From a virus (Duplodnaviria; Caudoviricetes), in IMG/VR virus record IMGVR_UViG_3300020045_013890, positions 1-42,064 of that record: 42,064 nucleotides of DNA; one strand, given 5' to 3'. A program made the translations under genes and the position numbers. Of the stretch, positions 19,756-27,269 are shown in pieces. The notes under the pieces were generated by a model. That model had not been told where the DNA came from. It did no database searches and worked only from the letters and a program-made list of their open reading frames with translations. Every line of letters starts with the position of its first letter. The first letter of the stretch is position 1.

Positions 19756-19890
19756 TCATAGAGGCCCCATATATTTTAAGCCGCTACCCTCAAGCATTCG
19801 CACCCAATCAAACCTATTAAACCAATGTGCGTGTGCTTCCTTTAAAACAACAAGTTCGCCGGATGCGGTGACAAAAACAAAATTACCCAT
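19756..19890 (-). CDS. 44-aa ORF MGNFVFVTASGELVVLKEAHAHWFNRFDWVRMLEGSGLKYMGPL
   Basis: GGGGAG RBS; ends in an ATGA overlap. Confidence 0.55.
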   Translation of the reverse strand: MGNFVFVTASGELVVLKEAHAHWFNRFDWVRMLEGSGLKYMGPL

Positions 19891-19922
19891 CTACTTCTCC
19901 CCCTCTCCACCGAGTAGCGCCC

Positions 19923-20447
19923 TCACTTTGTATACTCCAACTTAAAGAACGCCTTCGGGCCAATCCTCGGCATCTCCATGGAATACATCCCATTTGCATA
20001 GCTAAACGGTATCTCCATTGGTATCCAGCAAATAAGATTTGTCGTCAGTAAAAGCTTTACCCCATTAGCCTCAAATAAATTCGGCGGGCCAGAAAACGAC
20101 ACACCAAACGTCGTCGGCTTTGACGTGTTCATCGTAAGCGTGAAATCATAGTTCGAAGTAACATACGGCAAAATAAACTTAACATCATCGGACTTGGAAC
20201 TCTCTCCAACATCGTTATACGCCGATACCGCAGCGTTATAATGAACACCGGGAAGCAGGCTCGTGACCTCAACCGTATTCGTCGTGGATGTTCCAACCAT
20301 GTCTGCATCCGTATACACACCGGGCGTTTGACTAATATACATGCGATACCCCGTCGGCACAGCCGTGCCCACCTTGTGCATATCCCATTTAAACTTTACG
20401 TTGGCAGCGTTTGCCGAAAGCGATAATAATAACAATAAGTATTTCAT
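19923..20447 (-). CDS. Secreted fibronectin type III domain protein
   Basis: Start moved to MKYLLLLLSLSANA (signal peptide, ATGA overlap); FN3 W...GY..Y...L.PG..Y...VSAYN..GES. Confidence 0.8.
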   Translation of the reverse strand: MKYLLLLLSLSANAANVKFKWDMHKVGTAVPTGYRMYISQTPGVYTDADMVGTSTTNTVEVTSLLPGVHYNAAVSAYNDVGESSKSDDVKFILPYVTSNYDFTLTMNTSKPTTFGVSFSGPPNLFEANGVKLLLTTNLICWIPMEIPFSYANGMYSMEMPRIGPKAFFKLEYTK

Positions 20448-20968
20448 TTGATCCACACAGCACGATACCATCTCGATCCACCCGACTCCCACTCCGCATC
20501 CATCACCTGGCGAGAGCCATAGTACGGATTATAAGTAAGCACATACTGCTTACCCTCAACCTCATACGCCCAATACGCCACCACCGAATGACCCGACTGA
20601 TTCCAATAGTGATAAATAGCAACCGGCTTACCGCTTTTCACAAGTGCGTACACCTCATTAAACGTAGGTGTGCTATCAACAACCGACGTATATCCAAACG
20701 CAGGAAGCACCTTCTCAACCGCCACTTCCTTTTGACAAGCACCGCTACCAGTCCACGAACAACAATCGGACCCGTGATACTTACCCGCGATCTCGCATTG
20801 TCTAGGGAGCTTTCCCTTTTGGCTAAGGAGCATTCTCGCCGAAGCCGCTCCACACCACAGCGATGTTTCTTGCTTTTGCTCGGTTAACCCGCGTATCGCT
20901 CCATCATGGGATGTTGGCAGTGGCCCGCTTGCGCAGGCTACGAAAAACAACAAGATTAAATTCTTCAC
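20444..20968 (-). CDS. Papain-like (C39-like) cysteine peptidase lipoprotein
   Basis: Lipobox FFVAC; Q-x4-W-C (QETSLWCGAAS), GHSVV catalytic His, YNP. Confidence 0.78.
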   Translation of the reverse strand: MKNLILLFFVACASGPLPTSHDGAIRGLTEQKQETSLWCGAASARMLLSQKGKLPRQCEIAGKYHGSDCCSWTGSGACQKEVAVEKVLPAFGYTSVVDSTPTFNEVYALVKSGKPVAIYHYWNQSGHSVVAYWAYEVEGKQYVLTYNPYYGSRQVMDAEWESGGSRWYRAVWIK

Positions 20969-21048
20969 CTCTCACCCGCCCCATGAAAAAACATCACCGC
21001 TACTATAGCCATCCCTACCCACAGAAAAGACCCCCATACCCAAATCAC
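20965..21048 (-). CDS. 27-aa single-TM peptide MIWVWGSFLWVGMAIVAVMFFHGAGER
   Basis: GGAGG RBS, GTG start, GTGA overlap with the peptidase start. Confidence 0.5.
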   Translation of the reverse strand: MIWVWGSFLWVGMAIVAVMFFHGAGER

Positions 21049-21177
21049 AAGAACCTCCGCTCCACCAAGAAATAAAGCACAACACTCATTGCCGTTATAT
21101 AACCCAATAAAAACTCACCCAATGTAACCATATAACCCGTTGACAAACCACATGTGTAAAATTAAATCAACAAACAA

Positions 21178-21378
21178 ATGATCACCATTACACAGCTCAC
21201 CAAGTGGCTAACCACCAATCGCTATAAACACTACCACTTAGCCCAAACACTACGCATCACCCCTGCCGCTATTTCACAGTGGAAGGTACGCGGATCAATA
21301 CCTGAGAAGTATGAAAATAAACTACGGACTATAATCAAAGGTGAAAAAAAGTTGACAGTACGGGCGCTGAAACGCTAG
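21178..21378 (+). CDS. Cro/YdaS-like HTH regulator
   Basis: LAQTLRITPAAISQWKVRGSIP helix-turn-helix. Confidence 0.8.
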   Translation: MITITQLTKWLTTNRYKHYHLAQTLRITPAAISQWKVRGSIPEKYENKLRTIIKGEKKLTVRALKR

Positions 21379-21387
21379 GCCGCCAAT

Positions 21388-22194
21388 ATGGCATCAAGGT
21401 TTAGTGAATTCATCTTTCCAAAGATGTGTAATTACGTATTACGCGACTTCGCAAATGGAGATGAAGAAATATCAGAGCACATCGCCGAGGGTCTCTCAGG
21501 AAGCAAAATCATATCAGGCGCACACGTATTCTACATAGACATCTGTGGCCAAAGTGCAGAAGACGACTACGCCCATATGGTCAAATCTAAAAAAACTCCT
21601 GAAGAACTCTTAGCAGAACTCTCCCTACCATTCCCCATCTGTTACATAGAACAACCAGGCGACAGAGTAATGGTGCTACCGTATCACAACTCGGAAGTCA
21701 GAATATGCGCCGCCTTTTTTATAGAAATAGGGCCATCCAAAATCGCCGTCTCGCTTCTGGCAAGTGTTGCTGGCAAAACACAAATGCTATGGGCCACTGT
21801 GAACCAAGAAAAACCATTGTGGCACGAGCAATTGTGGACAATCGCTACCGCTTACCTACGAGCCTTCTGCAACACACTCAAAAACAGCACCCAGATAGGG
21901 TATGAAACAGTGCACAGGCAAATAAACGCAAAGATTGGGACTCACCACTTTTCACGCAATATCGGAAAAGTAATTCGAATAAAAAACACCCCCAAAGAAC
22001 ACGTCACTCCAATACTAACACGATCAATCACATGGGAGTCATCTTGGTTTGTACGGGGACACTGGCGAAGAAAACAGGGGGGACTGGGGAAAGATAGATC
22101 CGGCGAGTACTCAATACCCAACTTCACGTGGGTCAAACACCACGTCAAAGGCAACAAAGACTCCGAGCCAGAAAAGAAGATCTATATCGCCTAA
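21388..22194 (+). CDS. Conserved phage hypothetical protein with VRGHWR motif
   Basis: C-terminal WFVRGHWRR...WVKHHVKG motif, recurrent in phage proteins of unknown function. Confidence 0.65.
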   Translation: MASRFSEFIFPKMCNYVLRDFANGDEEISEHIAEGLSGSKIISGAHVFYIDICGQSAEDDYAHMVKSKKTPEELLAELSLPFPICYIEQPGDRVMVLPYHNSEVRICAAFFIEIGPSKIAVSLLASVAGKTQMLWATVNQEKPLWHEQLWTIATAYLRAFCNTLKNSTQIGYETVHRQINAKIGTHHFSRNIGKVIRIKNTPKEHVTPILTRSITWESSWFVRGHWRRKQGGLGKDRSGEYSIPNFTWVKHHVKGNKDSEPEKKIYIA

Positions 22195-22863
22195 CTACAA
22201 CCTAGCCTCAATCGCCGCCACACAAGCACGCCGTAGATACGGATTAATCTCCCCACGCAGCACTGGCCCATGGTGATCTGTGCGATATCTCAACAAACGA
22301 GAAGTAAACTCCAAGGCAAATGTGTGGTTCGTCTTAGTATCAGCAATAAACTGACCACAGGTGGTGATTCCATGAGCCGCCATAATAGCCTTTAGACTAT
22401 CCGATACAGGCTTAAGGTTACGCGCATTACAGCTAGTCTGAAAGATCCCACTCTCCATCGTCTCAGCTGACGTGTTCGATGCACTCATATCACGCCCCTC
22501 ATTCCAATCCCATGAACTCTCACGGGCTGCTAGGATAATAAGCGATTCTGCCATCACCGCGCGTCTGTGCTTGATAGACATATATGGTCCAAGCTGGGGC
22601 AGCACGCTGTTATAGATATCCATCTTGGAATCATTTTGCTCAAAGTATTCTGGGGATGCTGAATGCACCCACTTAACAATATCCTCAACCACATCGGCCT
22701 TCGGATATCCCCTCTGCGGTACGTACTTAAGGCACGCACTCATATCACCTTGCTTTAATACAGGTGGTGATATCGACGCACAACTCTGAAGCCCCAACAA
22801 CAAGAACGTCACCACCACCAATAGTATCAATAACAACCAGTCCCGTACTTCTACATTCTTCAT
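22195..22863 (-). CDS. Lipoprotein/membrane-anchored lysozyme-fold muralytic enzyme
   Basis: Hydrophobic N-terminus with LQSC lipobox; helix-ending RESSW (catalytic Glu) and GIFQ motifs. Confidence 0.65.
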   Translation of the reverse strand: MKNVEVRDWLLLILLVVVTFLLLGLQSCASISPPVLKQGDMSACLKYVPQRGYPKADVVEDIVKWVHSASPEYFEQNDSKMDIYNSVLPQLGPYMSIKHRRAVMAESLIILAARESSWDWNEGRDMSASNTSAETMESGIFQTSCNARNLKPVSDSLKAIMAAHGITTCGQFIADTKTNHTFALEFTSRLLRYRTDHHGPVLRGEINPYLRRACVAAIEARL

Positions 22864-22882
22864 CTCTAGCCCCCATCATCCC

Positions 22883-23509
22883 CTACGTACTCTTCAATGC
22901 AATATACTCAATCGCAGCCTCTACAAGACACCGCGCATACTCCGCTCGCTTATCCTTCAAGAGAGTGACGTCAGTCACGTTATCTCCAAACAGAGGCTCC
23001 ACAAGGCAGCTTGTCACCTTCACACTCGACAAATTCTCACCACCACGACCAACCGTGCGATCCTTTAAACCACGATCAGGGCGCTTGAACAGCGCCACCA
23101 TCCTGCGCTGGCATATACCGGCAAAGAGCTTATTATCCGCTTCACGTGTGTCATAGAGAGTCTCTGTGCCAGAGACTGATCCATTGTACGAGTTAAAGTG
23201 CAGCTCTATCACACAGCCCTTATTGCCATATTCAGCCACAATCGTATTCGCCGTTGTTCCAATGGCAGCTGTACTCGATCCATGTTTATTTAATATCGTG
23301 CAATTCAGGCCACGCGTCTTTGCGTACGCCGCCATATCGTGCGCCACCAGCGTGTTGTATGGATATTCGTACATAGATAGCGGAGCTGTGCCATATGCGC
23401 CTTTATCCGTTCCAACACCGTGGCCAATAATCACCACCAGCACACCACTTGGGGCCTTGGGTTTTCCAAGGGATGCTAGGAATTTATCAATCGCCGGGCA
23501 AAATGACAT
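22883..23509 (-). CDS. N-acetylmuramoyl-L-alanine amidase (Amidase_3) endolysin
   Basis: IIGHG, E, IELHFNS, SGTE and LVEPLF zinc-amidase motifs. Confidence 0.9.
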   Translation of the reverse strand: MSFCPAIDKFLASLGKPKAPSGVLVVIIGHGVGTDKGAYGTAPLSMYEYPYNTLVAHDMAAYAKTRGLNCTILNKHGSSTAAIGTTANTIVAEYGNKGCVIELHFNSYNGSVSGTETLYDTREADNKLFAGICQRRMVALFKRPDRGLKDRTVGRGGENLSSVKVTSCLVEPLFGDNVTDVTLLKDKRAEYARCLVEAAIEYIALKST

Positions 23510-23781
23510 TAGTGGCTCTCCTCTACGGGTGTTCCAATAGGGGGGCAGGCATCGGAGGCGGCAACTGCCGCTTCATCCATATCAAGCATGTCGCCTATCA
23601 TCGCGAGGATTAGCGCGTGTGGCTCCTGTCGTTCGCAGGCGGCGATCGTCTGGCGGAGGGTGTGCACGAGGATCACCTGCTTTTTGATCAGCTGGGTGGT
23701 CTCGGTTTTGAGGGCGGTGTCGTCATCGGAGGTTATGTGGAGTTTTTGGGATTTGGTGGATAGGCGGTTTTTGTAGGTCAT
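23509..23781 (-). CDS. Hypothetical protein
   Basis: 90 aa; TAATG overlap with the amidase; first gene of the leftward arm. Confidence 0.55.
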   Translation of the reverse strand: MTYKNRLSTKSQKLHITSDDDTALKTETTQLIKKQVILVHTLRQTIAACERQEPHALILAMIGDMLDMDEAAVAASDACPPIGTPVEESH

Positions 23782-24198
23782 ATGGGGTTTAATTTAGGTG
23801 GTGAAATTTTTTTTTGATAGGGGAATATACTAATATTTTTTTTGTAAGGACCCCACCCCCCCCATCAACATGAATTGTTACGGCTTGGTTGAGCTCATGT
23901 GTATTCAATAGGTTAAGGATAGCTATAGTCATGTCGGTCGAAGTCTACTTACACCTCGACTGTGTATGTTGTTGATATCATTATGCTTTATGGATTGGGC
24001 AATTGGCTTGGGCTTTTTAGCTTTTCCGGTTTTGGTTTTTTCTTTTTAGCTTTTTGACCCAAAATATTTTCGCGGCGAAATACTCCCGCGTCGAACTTTT
24101 AGACATGTGTATATGTTTTTACTGAATCAAATCAACAGTGCGCCCATAAGTTCGACAGTCCTTGTCGAAGTATCATGATGATTTCACGACAATCTAAG

Positions 24199-24215
24199 TT
24201 GGCATAACGATTGCA
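24199..24215 (+). promoter_or_regulatory. Sigma54 (RpoN) -24/-12 promoter
   Basis: TTGGCATAACGATTGCA: GG at 24201-2, GC at 24213-4, exact 10-nt spacing; heads the rightward early gene cluster. Confidence 0.7.
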
Positions 24216-24226
24216 ACGTAATCAGT

Positions 24227-24397
24227 ATGAACAACCCAAACGAACTTAAAGTAGACTTCGCTAAACTGATCTTAACAATCGCTGCAACGCAGCCCAAAGA
24301 AGCTCTCATCATGATCAACGATCTCATCAAAGAGAACAAAGAGTTAAAACAAAAACTACAAGATCTTCATGAAACATTAATCCGCCGAGAAGGCTAA
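24227..24397 (+). CDS. 56-aa coiled-coil early protein (absent from the ORF track)
   Basis: MNNPNELKVDFAKLILTIAATQPKEALIMINDLIKENKELKQKLQDLHETLIRREG; ATG at the predicted +1 of the sigma54 promoter. Confidence 0.7.
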   Translation: MNNPNELKVDFAKLILTIAATQPKEALIMINDLIKENKELKQKLQDLHETLIRREG

Positions 24398-24415
24398 GAA
24401 AGGTACAATTTAAGT

Positions 24416-24964
24416 ATGAAAACAATCATCATAAGCCTAATAAGCTTAAGCCTTGTATCAGCCTGTGAAGTGAATGTGGACAACTCAACAACCAAAGAAG
24501 TAGAGCCCGTGCCATTCGCCCGTGTGATTGAACCCGAGGTATTACCCACTTCTGATCCACTTGAGGCGTTTCTAATGCCTTCTTCATTCAATCCCACAAT
24601 CAACGCAGCATCGGTAGAACGCAGCGCGATTGATGATCTATCACTCATTAAGCTGTACATCCGTGAAGGTGGGACTGTATCACCATACTCGAATCACGAT
24701 TGGACGATATACAATGCGTTTATCGAATCGGCTGATGGTAGCCAGATTGAACGAGCTAACGTAATGGTAGGCGTTGGTAATGGCTGGAGTACCACACTTG
24801 TTTGCACTAACTACCAATCAAACGACATCTCAGAGCCATGCTCAATGCTTATAAGAAATATGAAATGGATCAACTCTAATACCGCAAGCTACGAGCTATG
24901 CCACACCGATGGCCGTGGGTATGTTGCTGAAGAGACTTGCGTAGCTAAATACTCAAACGAATAA
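24416..24964 (+). CDS. Early lipoprotein (superinfection-exclusion candidate)
   Basis: MKTIIISLISLSLVSAC lipobox; four further Cys. Confidence 0.7.
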   Translation: MKTIIISLISLSLVSACEVNVDNSTTKEVEPVPFARVIEPEVLPTSDPLEAFLMPSSFNPTINAASVERSAIDDLSLIKLYIREGGTVSPYSNHDWTIYNAFIESADGSQIERANVMVGVGNGWSTTLVCTNYQSNDISEPCSMLIRNMKWINSNTASYELCHTDGRGYVAEETCVAKYSNE

Positions 24965-24977
24965 GGAATGTGCGAAC

Positions 24978-25307
24978 ATGCGAACATCAAAACACACACC
25001 TGGCCCATGGGCATACACACTGCAAAAGCGAAATGAATGGGACTTGAGCTCATTAGCAAGCTTCACTTGTGGGTGGGTGCAAAGCAGCACCGATGAAGAA
25101 GTCAGAGCCAATGCCGCCTTGATATCAGCCGCACCAGATATGCTTGAAGCACTTGAATTGATAGCTAAACACTTTCAACACCCAGAGCTTCGCAAGGTGA
25201 CTGGCCAAAATCGAGATGGCACACCGTCGAGTGTCTCCATTGAAATGATAATGAGTACTGTTGAGAAAATAGCTAATGCAATCCGAAAAGCAAAGGGTGA
25301 TTTATGA
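24978..25307 (+). CDS. Conserved phage early hypothetical protein
   Basis: HTPGPW...ANAALISAAPDMLEALE motif pair, common in phage accessory genes. Confidence 0.75.
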   Translation: MRTSKHTPGPWAYTLQKRNEWDLSSLASFTCGWVQSSTDEEVRANAALISAAPDMLEALELIAKHFQHPELRKVTGQNRDGTPSSVSIEMIMSTVEKIANAIRKAKGDL

Positions 25308-25519
25308 TTAAGAACTTACATGGCAAGAAAATCACACCCAAACAGTGGGCAGTTCAAATGATCATCTACGACCTTGAGACGATAACTGCATACTATGAAG
25401 AGCGATGGCCTTTAGAGATGGACGCCATGACTGAGAAAGAACAGAAAGAAGTGGCTAAACAAATTGATAAACTCCATACCAGGATCATTCGAATGGCCTT
25501 AAAGGCTGGTGGTCGCTAA
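25304..25519 (+). CDS. Hypothetical protein
   Basis: 71 aa; ATGA and TAATG coupling with neighbours. Confidence 0.7.
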   Translation: MIKNLHGKKITPKQWAVQMIIYDLETITAYYEERWPLEMDAMTEKEQKEVAKQIDKLHTRIIRMALKAGGR

Positions 25520-26091
25520 TGCGAACATCAAACTACGGCGACAAGTCGGATCTTAAGAAACTAAAGGCAGCGCTCTCGAAAGAGCGTAATCCAATGAACC
25601 TGATCCTTGAGCTCATCATCAGGACAGGCTGCCGCCAGATTGAGGCGGTGAACCTGCCAGTGGATGCGATTAACCCCACAAAGGGCGCGGTGCTTATCTT
25701 GGCTGCAAAGGGGTCAGCAGACCGCATAGGCTTTGTGAACAAGGCATTTGCAAGGGATCTTAAAGATACGTTTGGCAATGTTGCCAATGTTTATGAGTTC
25801 TTTGGTATCCGCAAATACCAGCCAGACTTCGAGAGGCGTCGCATGAGCCTACTAAGAGCCCTAGCAAGACAGTGGGAGATGGTAAGGCTTCATGTGCTTG
25901 GATATGAAGTGAAACTCACCTTACACGGCTTAAGAGCAACTGTAGGCATCGTGGCGTACGAGGAACTGGATAATGACATCCTGGCCACGCAAGAGATCCT
26001 AGGGCACAAGTCGCTTGAATCCACACATAGGTACGTGGCCATTGCCAGGACATCCAAACTGTCGGGCAGGATTAGGGACCGTATTGGCTAG
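25519..26091 (+). CDS. Tyrosine recombinase, catalytic domain only
   Basis: TGCR..E, KG, HGLR, LGH and Y (THRY) catalytic residues in 190 aa. Confidence 0.9.
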   Translation: MRTSNYGDKSDLKKLKAALSKERNPMNLILELIIRTGCRQIEAVNLPVDAINPTKGAVLILAAKGSADRIGFVNKAFARDLKDTFGNVANVYEFFGIRKYQPDFERRRMSLLRALARQWEMVRLHVLGYEVKLTLHGLRATVGIVAYEELDNDILATQEILGHKSLESTHRYVAIARTSKLSGRIRDRIG

Positions 26092-26093
26092 GT

Positions 26094-26110
26094 GGTGCCG
26101 TAACGGCACC
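26094..26110 (+). terminator. Perfect hairpin immediately after the recombinase stop
   Basis: GGTGCCG-TAA-CGGCACC; no U-tract. Confidence 0.4.
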
Positions 26111-26173
26111 TGAACCGTATCTTCATCAAACATTGTTTAGACGGGCCATTGGCTGCCTGGGTATTCTAAGAGC

Positions 26174-26467
26174 ATGAATAATCAAACAGGTTCCAAGCTA
26201 GGTATCATCAAATGGGTAGGTGTGTTCCTTGTGCTCCACATCCTCGCGACAGGCTGTGCATCCACAGTACGCGATCCTTTCGCTAAGGAGTGGGTCGCAC
26301 CAAAGGTCTACAAAGATCGCCTAGAGAACAAGTATCGTCCTTGGTATGCAGCACTCACTGAGGAACAACGCCTTATGTGGCAAGCCCAATGGACTAGGGA
26401 AGCTGAGCTTGGCCTGAAGCAGATGAAGCTTGGGGCTCAGATGATGCAAGGTGGGCCTATTTACTAG
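26174..26467 (+). CDS. Lipoprotein of unknown function
   Basis: Hydrophobic stretch ending LATGC; TATTCT 6 nt before the ATG. Confidence 0.65.
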   Translation: MNNQTGSKLGIIKWVGVFLVLHILATGCASTVRDPFAKEWVAPKVYKDRLENKYRPWYAALTEEQRLMWQAQWTREAELGLKQMKLGAQMMQGGPIY

Positions 26468-26913
26468 GCACCACCAACGTAGTGATAGTACTCAGTTGGA
26501 ACACCGTCGACATCCCGAACCTCTATCAGCTCATCATCCAAGGCGCGGGCCGTAACAACATGAACAACAGCTGCCTCCATGCAGTCTCTATTCATCGGAA
26601 TGGTACCAGAACCCTGCTGTACTGGGAACGCCGATAACTTTACCTCAACTGGGACTCCCTTTTGCCTAAGGTAAAAAAGACGTGTTTTGATCGTATCGGT
26701 CACCTGAAGATAGCTGGCGTAGTCTATTGTTGCGCCCAAACTGTCTGCAATATTTTTAAACTGTAGAAACTCAATAGCCTTACAAGCGCCAAGGGACGCG
26801 TAATGTAAGTGCTCTTTTACAGCATGATCAAAAGCCACATCATCATGCATATCAAAATTACAGTTCTTCAAAAAAAGTAAAAACAGATCTTCATAAGTGA
26901 TTTTCGTGCTCAT
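26464..26913 (-). CDS. Hypothetical protein
   Basis: 149-aa ORF, AGGA RBS. Confidence 0.65.
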   Translation of the reverse strand: MSTKITYEDLFLLFLKNCNFDMHDDVAFDHAVKEHLHYASLGACKAIEFLQFKNIADSLGATIDYASYLQVTDTIKTRLFYLRQKGVPVEVKLSAFPVQQGSGTIPMNRDCMEAAVVHVVTARALDDELIEVRDVDGVPTEYYHYVGGA

Positions 26914-26991
26914 AATTCCTAACGCACTAAATCATTACACCGAACTGCGTCAAGGGGTAATTTGCAGCACCAACTTCCGAGCAATTGAGTG

Positions 26992-27269
26992 AATACTCAT
27001 TAAATGAATACTCATTATTACTCATTATTTCGGATAAATGAGTATTCGTTAAAACTGACCAAAAAACACCCAAAACCCTACTTAACCTCATGAATTAACT
27101 AATAAATACTTATATATATGGAAAATATTTTTATATAAATTCAAGTACTTACACGTGACTCACTGTGACTATCTATCCACAGGTTATCCTCATTTTAACC
27201 CCACTTATCCACAGATAAACTCATGCCCCAAATAATGAGTATTCCAAATAATGAGTATTAATGAGTATT
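26992..27269. other. Putative replication origin: inverted iterons, AT-rich core, DnaA boxes
   Basis: AATACTCATT at 26992, 27007 and 27017 (1 mismatch); its complement AATGAGTATT at 27037, 27234, 27250 and 27260; TTATCCACA at 27205; abuts the primase-helicase stop. Confidence 0.8.

Noticed and set aside
21352-21381. TTGACA near the end of the Cro-like gene, and similar TTGAC hexamers near 17555, 26950, 29870 and 35880, as promoters
   Set aside because: No convincing -10 element at 16-18 bp spacing, so not listed as features
25519-26091. Classical integrase implying a prophage or temperate lysogeny module
   Set aside because: No N-terminal binding domains, no recognisable CI, excisionase or att site, and no host genes in the window
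26992-27269. Repeats as a mini-CRISPR array
   Set aside because: The repeats are only 10 bp, occur in both orientations and are irregularly spaced; no cas genes; they fit iterons
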